From IMG/VR virus record IMGVR_UViG_3300048576_000125, positions 3,946 through 67,945 of that record: DNA of 64,000 nucleotides; one strand, written 5' to 3'. Shown piece after piece: positions 51,320 through 62,600 of this stretch. The stretch's first letter is position 1, and each line of letters begins with the position of its first letter. The position numbers and the translations under genes are program-made. The stretch is from a virus. Its lineage: Duplodnaviria > Caudoviricetes. The notes below the pieces were generated by a model. That model was given only the letters and a program-made list of their open reading frames with translations. It was not told where the DNA came from and made no database searches.

Positions 51320-54066
51320 CCACCCTACTCCAGCCCTCCCTCTCCGGCGGCGAGCTGGCCCCGTCCCTGCATGGGCGCGTGGATCTTGCCCGCTACCAGA
51401 CGAGCCTGAAGACCTGCAAGAACTGGATCACTCGCCCCTATGGTGGGGCATGGAACCGGACGGGGACGCGGTTCGTTGCGGCCGCGACCTCAATAGACGG
51501 CCACACCAAGCTCAGGCTGATCCCCTTCCAGTTCAACACCGAGCAGGGCTATGTCATGGAGTTCGGCCACTGCTACATGCGGGTCTACATGAACGGCGGG
51601 CAGGTCCAGACCAACCGGGAGTTTCGGAGCGGAGACATCACCTACGTGATCCCGCAGCCCTTCGTGCTGGCCACGCCCTACACCGAGGATGAGCTGGACG
51701 ATCTGACGTTCGCGCAGGACGCGGACGTGATGACGCTCTGCCACCCGAACCACCCACCCATGGACCTGAGCCGGTTGGCTCACGATATCTGGACTCTGAC
51801 GGCGTTCCCCTACATCCGGGGCCCCTGGCAGGATGTGAACGTGGACCGGGAAGCCGCGGTCTACGCGTCCGGGACCAACGGTGTGGTGACGCTCACCGCC
51901 TCGAAGGCTATCTTCGCTGCCGGGAACGTGGGGCAGCTCTTCTACGCGGAGCAGCGGGAGTATCTCACCCCGTGGGAAGCCGGGAAGGCCGTGGAGGCTG
52001 GGGACATCCGGCGCTCGGACGGGAAGTATTACCGGGCCCTGAACAGCGGGAAGACCGGAACCTACCGCCCCGCCCACACCGAAGGCACCTGGTCCGACGG
52101 TGTGGTGTCGTGGCTCTACCTGCACAGCGGGTTAGGCATCGCCCGGATCACCGCCGTGGCGGCCGATGGGTTCTCGGCCACGGCCACGGTCCTGGAGCGG
52201 ATCCCGGATTACCTCGTGGCCACCGCGGCGAGCGGGACGGCGACGGCCACCACCGCGGCCAAGCGCTCGGATGGGTTCATCTCCCTGGGGGCTCCGGCCC
52301 ACGGGATTCCCATCCTGAAGGTTCCCGTCCACGCCTTCATGACCCTCAACTACACCATCGGCGGGACCGCCAGGGTGTTCAAGGGGTGCGTGGAAATCTA
52401 CGCCGAGGACGCCAACACCCTGTGCGCCTACAAGCTCTTCGACAGCCTGCCCAACATCGCGGACGGGGTGTTCGCCTTCACCTCGGGGACCGTGACGGCC
52501 TATGCCGTGAAGCAGGAAGTCCCTTTCGCTGCCCTCGGCGTCCAACTCTTCACCAACGCCAGTCTCATCAACGTGCCCAGCTATCGTTGGCGCTTCGGGG
52601 CTTGGGGTGGCGACCAGGGGTTCCCCTCTGCCGTCTGCTACTACGACCAGCGCCTCGCCTTCGCGTGCACCTCCGCCAAGCCCTCCACGCTGTGGATGAG
52701 CCGCACGGGGAGCCGAGTGGACTTCGGGACCTCCGTGCCCATGGTGGATGATGACGCCATCTCCGGGATCCTGGCGGCCAACCAGGTCAACGCCATCCGG
52801 GGGATGATCCCGCTCAACCGCCTCGTGGCCCTCACCTCGGGAGCCGAGTGGACCGTCGGGAGCGGAGACAAGGGGCTCTCTGCCGCCACCATGGCGACCT
52901 CCGCCCAGAGCTGGCGCGGAAGCTCCAAGCTCCCGCCCATCGGAGCTGGGAAGGACGTGCTCTACGTCCAGGACAAGGGGCAGAGCCTGCGAAACCTGCA
53001 CTATGACAGCTACGACACCTGGGGCGGGGATGACCTTTCCGTCCAGGCCTCGCACCTGCTGGAGGGGCATTCCGTCGTTGCCTGGGCATGGCAGCAGGTC
53101 CCCCACAGCTGCGCCTGGATCGTCCGAGACGATGGGGTGCTGCTGGGCATGACCTACATGCGGGAACAGGAAGTGGTGGGCTGGCACCGCCACGACCTGG
53201 GAGGCGCCGTGGAGTCCGTTGCCGTGGTGAGCGAAGGGGCGGAGGACGCGCTCTACCTCGCCGTCCGCAGGGCCATCAACGGGCAGACGGTGCGCTACAT
53301 CGAGCGATTGACCTCTCGGGCCGATGGGGTGTTCCTGGACAGCTCCCTGAGCTACCTGGGCACAGCGCGGTCCTGCACCTCTGGCGTCCGGGTCTTCTCC
53401 GAGAAGCTCTCCGGGAAGACCTTCCGCTGGGTCATCGAGACAGGGGAGCCGTTCTTTGTGGCGCTGGACACCGGGAAGGTAGCCTCGGTCACCGCCAACG
53501 GGGTGGCAACGGAATACACCATCTCCAGCGTGGGCAACGAAACGCGGGCCTACGCTGGGACCTATGTGGATGACAACGAAGTGGCGCTCCCCATTGAGCT
53601 GGTGGGTGTCACGTCCGTGTCCCTCCCCGCGGTTCCTAGGTCCACCTTCACGGGGCTGGGGCACCTGGAGGGGAAGTATGTCGCGGTGGTCGCGGATGGC
53701 GCCTATGGCGGCCTGATCCAGGTGGTGAGCGGGTCTATCACCCTCGGGAGCCCTGCGTCCATCGTCCACGCCGGCTTACCCATCGTGGCCGACCTGGAGA
53801 CGCTGGACCTTGCCCCCGCTTCCATGGAGGCCCTGCTCACCCGGAAGAAGGCCATCCACGAGGCCAAGCTCCTGCTCGGGCCCTCCGGCGGTCTGAAGGT
53901 GGGCCGGGACGCCTCGCACCTCATGCCCGTCTCCGTGCCCGAGGGCCTGTCGGGAACGACTGTCCCCACGTCCTGGGGCGAGTCGGGGCGGCTGCTGATC
54001 CGCCAGGAGAAGCCTTTCCCCGCGGAGGTCCGGGCCATCATCCCGGAGGTGGCCATTGGCGGTTGA
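51316..54066 (+). CDS. Tail tubular protein B / nozzle (gp12-like), 916 aa
   Basis: LQPSLSGGELAP, QDADVMTLCHP, FPSAVCYYDQRL, VVGWHRH. Confidence 0.9.
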   Translation: MTTLLQPSLSGGELAPSLHGRVDLARYQTSLKTCKNWITRPYGGAWNRTGTRFVAAATSIDGHTKLRLIPFQFNTEQGYVMEFGHCYMRVYMNGGQVQTNREFRSGDITYVIPQPFVLATPYTEDELDDLTFAQDADVMTLCHPNHPPMDLSRLAHDIWTLTAFPYIRGPWQDVNVDREAAVYASGTNGVVTLTASKAIFAAGNVGQLFYAEQREYLTPWEAGKAVEAGDIRRSDGKYYRALNSGKTGTYRPAHTEGTWSDGVVSWLYLHSGLGIARITAVAADGFSATATVLERIPDYLVATAASGTATATTAAKRSDGFISLGAPAHGIPILKVPVHAFMTLNYTIGGTARVFKGCVEIYAEDANTLCAYKLFDSLPNIADGVFAFTSGTVTAYAVKQEVPFAALGVQLFTNASLINVPSYRWRFGAWGGDQGFPSAVCYYDQRLAFACTSAKPSTLWMSRTGSRVDFGTSVPMVDDDAISGILAANQVNAIRGMIPLNRLVALTSGAEWTVGSGDKGLSAATMATSAQSWRGSSKLPPIGAGKDVLYVQDKGQSLRNLHYDSYDTWGGDDLSVQASHLLEGHSVVAWAWQQVPHSCAWIVRDDGVLLGMTYMREQEVVGWHRHDLGGAVESVAVVSEGAEDALYLAVRRAINGQTVRYIERLTSRADGVFLDSSLSYLGTARSCTSGVRVFSEKLSGKTFRWVIETGEPFFVALDTGKVASVTANGVATEYTISSVGNETRAYAGTYVDDNEVALPIELVGVTSVSLPAVPRSTFTGLGHLEGKYVAVVADGAYGGLIQVVSGSITLGSPASIVHAGLPIVADLETLDLAPASMEALLTRKKAIHEAKLLLGPSGGLKVGRDASHLMPVSVPEGLSGTTVPTSWGESGRLLIRQEKPFPAEVRAIIPEVAIGG

Positions 54067-54505
54067 GATCGTCCGCTCCCAGCCCGAGCACCTCCAGGCC
54101 ATGGAGATCCGGCCGGAGGACAGGGCCGAGTTCTGGGCTGCGGCCATGGTGGACCCGAAGGACGCCCTGCGCGCCTCCCTCGGGGACGCCTGGGCCTGCC
54201 TCGTGGATGGGGAGCCCGTGGCCGTCTTCGGCGTCACGCCCCCGGCGATGCTGGGTGGGGCGGCTGTGCCCTGGATGGTGGGGTCGGTGAACCTCGACCC
54301 ACGCCTGCTGATCAAGCCCGCCCGCGCGATTCTGGCCGGCTGGACCTACGAGCACCTGGAGAACTGGGTGGACGCCAGGAACACCAAGGCGATCCGGTGG
54401 CTGCGCTGGCTGGGGTTCACGATCCACCCGGCGGAGCCCTACGGCGTGATGGGCCTGCCGTTCCACCGCTTCGAGAGGAGGATGCCATGTGCAACCCGGC
54501 TGTGA
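54056..54505 (+). CDS. GNAT-like protein (T7 gp13/DUF2833-like), 149 aa
   Basis: LENWVDARNTKAIRWLRWLGF. Confidence 0.8.
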   Translation: MAVEIVRSQPEHLQAMEIRPEDRAEFWAAAMVDPKDALRASLGDAWACLVDGEPVAVFGVTPPAMLGGAAVPWMVGSVNLDPRLLIKPARAILAGWTYEHLENWVDARNTKAIRWLRWLGFTIHPAEPYGVMGLPFHRFERRMPCATRL

Positions 54506-54975
54506 TCGGACTGGCTGTCAGCATGGGGTCCACCGTCGCGTCCATGCTCGGTGGCGCCGATCAGCAGGAGGGCTCGGCCGCCCTGGCGCGGAACAACGCC
54601 AAGGTGCTGGACACCAAGGCGGAGGACGCCCTGAAGCGCGGGGCCGTCAACGAGACCATCCAGCGCCAGAAGACCGCCGGCATCCTGGGCACCCAGCGCG
54701 TGGCCATGGGCGCGAGCGGGTTCAAGGTCGACGAGGGCTCCTTCGGGGACGTGCTGGAGCAGACGGCCGCAACGGGCGAGCTGGACGCCTTGACGATCCG
54801 CTCCAACGCCCTGCGAGAGGCCTGGGGCCACCGCGTGGAAGCGGCGAACTACCGCTACCAGGCGGACGCGGCCCAGAAGCAGTCCGACTTCACCAAGACG
54901 CTGCTCACCGGGGGCGGGAAATACAACCTCCTGAATTACGCCGACCCCTACCACCGGGCCATTTTGAAGCTCTGA
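54487..54975 (+). CDS. Internal virion (ejection) protein, gp14-like, 162 aa
   Basis: MCNP start, GTQRVAMGASG..GS motif; position. Confidence 0.8.
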   Translation: MCNPAVIGLAVSMGSTVASMLGGADQQEGSAALARNNAKVLDTKAEDALKRGAVNETIQRQKTAGILGTQRVAMGASGFKVDEGSFGDVLEQTAATGELDALTIRSNALREAWGHRVEAANYRYQADAAQKQSDFTKTLLTGGGKYNLLNYADPYHRAILKL

Positions 54976-54982
54976 GGCAGCC

Positions 54983-56680
54983 ATGCAGCTCCCGCTCTAT
55001 GACACCCCCCAGGTCCAGCAGCAGGCTCTCCCGGATGCCCTGGTCTCCACCCGTGCCCCGGAGCCTGCCTGGTCCGGGGCGGCCCAGGGCCTGCTCCACG
55101 TCGCCAGCGTCGTGAACCAGTTCCGGGCAGAGGCTGACACGCTGCGGGCGGAAGAAGCCTTCAACGCGATGCGCGAGCAGCAGCAGGCTCTTGGCTGGGG
55201 GGATGACGGGGCCTTCAAGAAGGAGGGCGCCAACGCCTTCAACGGGAAGAAGCCGTTGAGCCAGGACTACCTGGAGCGCTACGATGCCGCCGCGCGCCAG
55301 ATCGCTGGGGGGCTTGCGAACGAGAACCAGCGGGCCCTGTTTAACCGCGCCGCCGCGCGCGGACGCCTGGAGTTCGGGGGGCAGCTCCAGCGGCACGAGG
55401 CGGCCCAGGGTGAGGTCTATCGGAAGAGTGTGGTGGAGGGCGTCATCGCCACCGAGCGGGAGCACGCTGCCAGGAACTTCAGCGACCCCGATTCCGTGGC
55501 GCAGAGCGTCCAGCGGATCCGCGCGAACGTGGCACTGGCAGCCCGGGCTGGAGGGATGGCCGCGGATCAGGCGCAGATGGCGGAGCTGGAAGCCGTGTCG
55601 GGCATCCATTCCGCTGTGCTGGGCCAGATGCTTGATGCCCGCGATCCGAAGGGGGCCAAGGCCTACTACGAGGCCAACAAGGACGGCATCACCTCGAGGG
55701 ATGGGGCGAAGATGCGGGCCCTGATCGAACGGGACACCAGGGACATGGAGGTGAGCACGGCCGTGGATGGCGTGTGGGCGCAGCACGGGCCCAAGGACGA
55801 CACGGACGCCGCCAACCTCGACGCGATGAACGCGGAGCTGCGCAAGCGCTTCGCCAAGGACCCTGACGCCCTGAAGATGGCCACCGGGATCATGCGCGAG
55901 CGGGCGCAGGAGCGGGACTACAGCGTGCGGCAGCGCGAGGATGCCGTGTCGGGCGGGATCTGGAAGCAGGTCCTGGCTGGGCAGGGCCTGGGGTCCATCC
56001 GTCGCAGCCCGGAATGGCGATCCCTGGACGGCACCAAGCAGGCCCAGCTCGTGACCCAGATCGAGGCCTTCCAGAAGCGCGGCGGGGAAGGGGACAGCAT
56101 GGCCCAGTTCGCCGAATACTGGGCGCGCGCCTCGAACCCTGCAGCCCTGGCCAAGATGAGCGATGCGGAGATCTTCGCCCTGGCCCCGAAGATGGGGAAC
56201 AGCCTGACGAAGCAGCTCCTGATGAAGAAGGCCGAGCTCGGGCGTGGCGGGGCCGAGGTCCACGACGCCACTGTGGACGCGGACAGCTTCAACTTCTTCG
56301 CTCGGCAGGCTGGGCTGAAGGTGGACAAGCCCAGCAGCGACGACAAGGCCAAGCTCGGGGAGCTGAAGTTCCGCACTGAGCAGGTCATCGACCAGGAGCA
56401 GCGGGCCCGCGGGAAGAAACTCACCCGCGATGAGAAGGACGGGATCCTGAAGCGGATGCTGCTCAAGGTGCCCATCGTCACGCCGGGGCGGCTCTGGGGC
56501 ACGAACGAGAAGGAGCAATTCCTCTTCGAGATGGCGGACCCCAAGGCCCTGGACCAGAGCATCGTTCTGGACCCCAAGAAGGCTGAAGCGGTGGTCGATG
56601 ACCTGCTGAACGCTGGCGTCACCCCCACCAAGGAGCGCCTGCGGAACGCCTACGTGCTCAAGTACGGGAAGGGAATGTGA
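54983..56680 (+). CDS. Internal virion (ejection) protein, gp15-like, 565 aa
   Basis: Helical; between gp14-like gene and the giant protein. Confidence 0.75.
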   Translation: MQLPLYDTPQVQQQALPDALVSTRAPEPAWSGAAQGLLHVASVVNQFRAEADTLRAEEAFNAMREQQQALGWGDDGAFKKEGANAFNGKKPLSQDYLERYDAAARQIAGGLANENQRALFNRAAARGRLEFGGQLQRHEAAQGEVYRKSVVEGVIATEREHAARNFSDPDSVAQSVQRIRANVALAARAGGMAADQAQMAELEAVSGIHSAVLGQMLDARDPKGAKAYYEANKDGITSRDGAKMRALIERDTRDMEVSTAVDGVWAQHGPKDDTDAANLDAMNAELRKRFAKDPDALKMATGIMRERAQERDYSVRQREDAVSGGIWKQVLAGQGLGSIRRSPEWRSLDGTKQAQLVTQIEAFQKRGGEGDSMAQFAEYWARASNPAALAKMSDAEIFALAPKMGNSLTKQLLMKKAELGRGGAEVHDATVDADSFNFFARQAGLKVDKPSSDDKAKLGELKFRTEQVIDQEQRARGKKLTRDEKDGILKRMLLKVPIVTPGRLWGTNEKEQFLFEMADPKALDQSIVLDPKKAEAVVDDLLNAGVTPTKERLRNAYVLKYGKGM

Positions 56681-59600
56681 TGGACGAGCTCCAGGCCTAC
56701 CTCCAGCAGGAAGCGGAGAAGGACCGGCGTGCGGCCGGGTTGGAGGCCTCACTCCGACGGGGCATGACCCGGAACCCGGACGAGTACGCCAAGGCCCTGA
56801 CGCTGGCGGCGAAGACCGGCAAAGCCCCAGCCCTGGTGGGCGAGTTCCTACCTGAGGTGGAGCAGGAGGACCGGCTGCGCTCCCTGGACGTGACCGGCCT
56901 GATCCAGTCGCACCCCAAGGCCGCGGCGTGGCTCTCCGACGAGAACAACGCCTCCATCGCCCACGATGACGTGGAGAACCTGGCCCGGATCGAGTCCATC
57001 CCCCAGATGTCGGCCCTGCGCCTCACCGCGTGGGATCGCGTGAAGGACGTTGGCCGCCGCCTGGTGGACGGGACCCTGTTCATGTCCCAGGAGGAAGCCC
57101 AGGACGTGCGGCAGGCCCGCTCTGCCGTGCGCCAGGCTGGGTTGAAGGGGACCGGCGACATCACCGCCATGCACCCCCTCCGCTTGGCGGCGGCCACTGC
57201 TCGCGGATTCGTAAACCCCCTCACGGGGCTAGCCTCCTTCGTCGAAGCGAAGACCGGGGCGCCCAGGTCTACGTCTGGGGCGCTGAAGTCCCTCACCTCC
57301 GCTCTCACCCCCGAGGACGCCACTATCGCCGAGAAGGCTTCCGAGGGTGTGTCGAGTTCATTTGGCCTCCTGCTCCCCGGCATGGGGGCGCGGTACGGGG
57401 CCCTGAAGCTGGCTTCCAAGGTGCCCGCCCTGGCGCGGTGGGCTCCCCTCATCGGCGCCACGGCGAGCGCCAGCGTGGAGGCCGCCAGCGAAGCGGGATC
57501 CGTCTACGACACGCTGCGGGAACAGGGTCAGTCCCACGAGTTCGCTTCCGGCAGAGCCAACAAGGTGTTCCTCGGGAACCTGGCGTTCCTGGCCGCGACC
57601 AACCGCATCGGCTTCTTCAACCCCGAGGGGAAGTCTGCGGCACACCTCGCCCGCACGATGCTGGCGGAAGGCACCCAGGAGGGCGTCCAGAAGGTTGTCT
57701 CGAACCTGGGCACGGACACTCCGGAGCGCCACGTCGGCGCGCTGGAGGGGGTGCTGGAAGAGGCTGCCATGGGCGGATTGTCCGCAGGCATCCTCGAGCG
57801 CGGGGGGCAGGCGATCAGCAGCCTTCTGAAGGCGCGCCGGGTGGGTGGGCGCCGGTCGAACCTGGAGCTGTTCTTCGACCTCCAGGCGTCCATGGAGGGA
57901 GCCGACGCCGCACAGGCCCTCGGCGATGCCGCCCGTGATTCCAAGCTCCGGCAGCGGAGCCCGGAGGCCTTCGGCCAGGCCGTCCAGACCATGGTGGAGG
58001 GGACGGACCACGAGAACGTGATGATCCCTGCGGAGCGCTTCGAGACGTTCTTCCAGGAGAAGGGCGTGGACCCTGCCCAGGTGGCGGAGCAGCTTGGGGC
58101 CCGGAACTACCTGGAGGCCCTGGCCGCTGGGACGGACGTGGTGATCCCCACGGCTTCCTACGCGCGGGACATCGCAGGGACGGACCTTCACGCCGAGCTG
58201 GCCCCGGACATTCGGTTCAGGCCGTGGGATATGAGCCCGCGTGAGCTGGAAGCCTACCAAGCGCAGGCCGCCCAGGTGGAGCCCGAGGTGCAGCAGCAGG
58301 CCCAAGAGGCGGCAGCCGCGGCCCCGGCGTGGTGGGCGATCCAGGAGAAGACCCAGGCCCAGCTTGAGGCGGCTGGGTTCGAGCCGAAGACGGCGGAGGC
58401 CTATGCGACCCTGCACGCCAAGGCGATGACGAACCTGGCGGAGCGCTCCGGGATCGACCCCGCGGCTCTGGACGCCCGGTACGCCCTGGAGGTGTCCCGG
58501 CCCGCTCCCGGCGAGACGCCCGCCATGAGCCTTGCCGATGCGGTGCTGGCGCGCCTGAAGACGACCCAGCCCGGGGAGGACATCACCCAGCCGGTGCAGC
58601 CTCTCAGGCTTGATGAGCTCGGGTTCTGGCAGGGCCCGGTGGACCAGCCCGCACCCAAGGGCGTCCACTTCGACAACCTCACCCCGGAAGCGCAGCAGCG
58701 GGTGGTGAAGGGGATCGAATCCGACATCCAGACGTGGGTGGATGACCCGCAGGGCTTCGTGAACGCCTACGCTGCCTTCCCGCAGAGCATGGGCGGGCGG
58801 CTCGTCAACGGGGACATCATCAACGCCATGATGCCGGCGGTTGCGGAGAACGTGCCGCTCGGCCTCGCGGCCATGAAGCAGGTTGACGCTGCCCTGCAGA
58901 GCCAGGTCATCACCCTGCACAAGCACCTCCGCCAGCATGCCTACGACCTCGCCGGGGATCTCCCTGTCGGGATCACGGCCGGGGCCCAGGCCTCCGGGAA
59001 GACGCGCACTGCGGAATGGCTGCTGGGCGACGGGATCATGGGCGCGGTGATCGACGCACCCCACGACGACGCCAAGACGGTGAACCACTACATCCAGGAG
59101 GCGCTTGGCCGCGGGAAGGACGCGGCCGTGGTCTTCGTGGACCGCCCGGATTTCGGCGCGTCCTTCAAGTCCATGCTCCGCCGCTCGACTCGGGAAGGCC
59201 GCATGGTGCCCCCGGGCGGGATGATGGACACGCGGCTGAAGGTCCCTGGCGAAATGCTGAAGGTGGCCCAGGAGCACCGGAACAGCCATCGCGTGAGCCT
59301 CTACCACCTGAAGGCTGCGGAAAACGGCCAGCCGTCCATCGTGGGCGGGAGCCTCGCGGAGGATGGGAAGGACGCCGCCATCTCCATCCGTGAGCGCGCC
59401 GCAGAAGACAGAAGCGCTCTTGCAACGCAGGCCCGCGAGGCCTATCTTTCCTACCTGAAGGGCCCCAATGAACCAGAACTCCCAGCCGACATCCGAAGAG
59501 ACCTCGAAGCGGCCTTCCCTGGTGGAGTGGGCGAAAACGCCGGAGGCGCAGGCGTCGTGGGCGCGGACGCTGGAGCAGGCGGAAGCGCAGCCCCCGGTCT

Positions 59601-62600
59601 ACAGCCCGAGCTACAAGCCCGAACCGAAGGCCTGAACCAGGCTCTCAAGGCCCTCGGGATCAACCCCGAGGAAGTGGCGGATGGGCCGGAGCTGCTGGCC
59701 CGCATCGCGCAGGCCGCGAAGGATCATCCCGAGCTGGCGGACCTCGCGCGGGATCTGGGCGAGGCGCTGGGCGGGACCAGCCTGGGGCAGTCCAACCTCT
59801 CCAAGCGCATGCGCCGCCTCGCGCTGAACACCAAGGCCGCCCAGGCCAAGCACGAAATCCAGGCCCATGACGCGGAAGAGGCCGAGTTCTCCGAGTGGGA
59901 GAAGGACATCAAGGCGCTGCAGGCCGGCGAGGTGTTCCCGACGGACAACCGCGGGTTCATCCGCTTCGGGCCGGACCGGACCTTCCACATCGGACTGCTG
60001 CAGGATGCGGACCTGTCCACCTTCGTCCACGAGACCGGGCACTTCTACCTCGAGGTGCTGGGGGATCTGGCGGAGATGGAGGGCGTGAACCCCCAGGTGA
60101 AGGAAGACCACGCCGCCCTGCTGAAGTGGCTGGGTGTGGATTCCCGTGAGCAGATCGGGCGGGAGCAGCACGAGAAGTTCGCACGCGCGAACGAGGCCTA
60201 CCTGATGGAAGGGAAGGCCCCTTCGGCTCACCTCCAGGGAGTCTTCGCCCGGGTGTCCAACTGGCTGAAGCTCATCTACCGCAGCGTCTCCAGGCTGGTG
60301 AAGCTGAACGACGAGGTGCGGGCCGTGTTCGACCGGCTCTATGCCTCGGATGAGGAAATCGAGGCGGCCAAGAAGGACATGGGCGAGGCCCCCCTCTTCG
60401 CCACGGCGGAAGATGCCGGCATGACGGAAGCCGAGTTCGCCCTCTACTCCAAGGCGGTGGCGGCCGAGACGGACACCGCGAAGGCGGCCCTGGCGTCCCG
60501 GCTGAACCGGGAACTGCTGCGGGAACGCGCCTCCTGGTGGAAGGAAGGGCTGGAGCGCGAGACGGAAGCCGCCGCGGCGGAGGTGGACGCCGATCCCGCC
60601 CAGCGGGCCTTCGTGGCTCTCACCAAGGGGGAGCTGCAGGACGGAACGCCCATCAAGCTCTCCAAGGAAGCCATCGAAGCCCAGTTCGGGGAGGGCTTCG
60701 CCAAGAACCTGCCCCGCTCCTTCCGGCGCCTCTACGCCCGGGAGGGTGGGATGGATGCCGAGGCCGCGGCCGAGTTCCTGGGCTTCGACTCCGGGGAGCA
60801 ACTGATCGAGGCCCTGCGCACGCTGGAGCCGCGGAAGACCCGCATCAAGGCCCTGGCTGAGGCTCGGATGAAGGATCGGCACGGGGACCTGATGGTGGAT
60901 GGGAGCCTCCAGGATGCCGCTGTGGAGGCCCTGCACAACCAGCACCGGGAAGAGGTGCTGATGCAGGAGCTCCGGGCTATCCGTCGGCTGCAAGCCCAGG
61001 TGAAGCCCTTCGTGGAGCAGCAGGCCAAGGAGCAGCGCGAGGCGGAGCGGCAGGACCGGCGGGACGCTCGGGCGGCCACGGTGGTCCCTCCCATGGAGAC
61101 CTTCCGCAAGGCGGCTCGGGAGCTGGTGGAGCAGCAGGCCGCGAAGGATCTGCAGCCCTACCGCTACCTCGTGGCGGAGCGGCAGCTCTCCCGTGCTGCG
61201 CTGGCGGCCATGGCCAAGAAGGACTATCAGGCCGCGGGTGACGCCCGGCAGAAGGCCCTGTTGAACCATCACCTCTACCTCGAGGCCGTGAAGGCGAAGG
61301 AAGAGGTGGAGGCCATCTACGACTTCGGCGCCAAGGCGCTGAAACCCCGCACCCAGGCGATGCTGGGCAAGGCCGGGGCGGGCTTCCAGGAGCAGCACAA
61401 CGCCATCCTGGAGCGGTACGAGTTCGTGCGGGTGACGAACAAGGAACTGGCGGAGCGCGCTGAAAGCCTCGCCGTCTGGGCCCAGGCTCTCGCCGCCAAC
61501 GGGGAGGAAATCAGCATCGACCCCGATCTCTACCGGGAGCAGCCCAAGAACTTCCGGGAGTGCACCGTGCCCGAACTCCGGGCAGTTCGGGACGCCCTGA
61601 AGAACATCCAGACGGTGGCTCGGCGCCAAGTGGAGCTGGAGGTGGAAGGCCGGAAGGTGGACAAGGAGGAGGCCATCGAAGCGATGCGAGCCTCTGCCTA
61701 CGAGCATGCCAAGAAGGTCCGCCCGCTGCCGGTGGACCCGCTCCTGAAGACCGCAGGGGACAAGGCCCGCGGGCTGCTGCTCGGTGGGGACGCCATGCTG
61801 CTCAAGCTCGAGCAGGTCATCGACTGGCTGGATGGCGGGGACATCAACGGGCCCTGGCGTGAGCACATCTTCCAGCCCATCGCGGAAGCCCAGGTCCGGG
61901 AGTACGCCATGCACCAAGCCATCACCGGCAAGCTGGTGGAGGCTATGGAGGCCATGCCGAAGGAACAGCGGCTCTCCATGCTCGATGCCTACGACATCCC
62001 CGGCATCGGGAAGGTGTCCCGCAAGATGATCCTCTCCATGGCCCTGAACATGGGCAACGCGGAGAACTTCGAGAAGATGCTCAAGGGGCACGGCTGGGCC
62101 AGCCCGGAGGGCATGGAGGCCGTCACCAGGGCCACGGGCAAGCTGAACCGTGCGGACTGGGAGTTCGTCCAGAAGACCTGGGACATCATCAACTCCCTCT
62201 GGCCCGCCATCGCTGAACTCGAGCACCGGATGACCGGGCTGGAACCGGTGAAGGTGGAGGCCAAGCCCTTCACTGTCACCCTGGAGGACGGAACGACCAT
62301 GGCCCTCCAGGGCGGGTACTACCCCTTGGCCTACGATCCAGAACGCTCCAGCCAGGGGGCGTCCCAGGCGGGCGGGGATCTCTCCCAGCTTTTCGAGAAA
62401 GGCTACGTCAAGGCCACCACCTCGAAGGGGCACACCCAGGCCCGGGTGAACTTCGCGGCCCCGCTGGTGCTGGACTTCGAGCAGGTGCTCACCGGGCACG
62501 TCACCAAGGTGGTGAAGGACCTGACGCACCGCGAAGCGGTGGTGGCGGTGAACAAGCTCATCACGGACCAGCGGGTGCGAAGCGCTATCCAGGAGACCCT

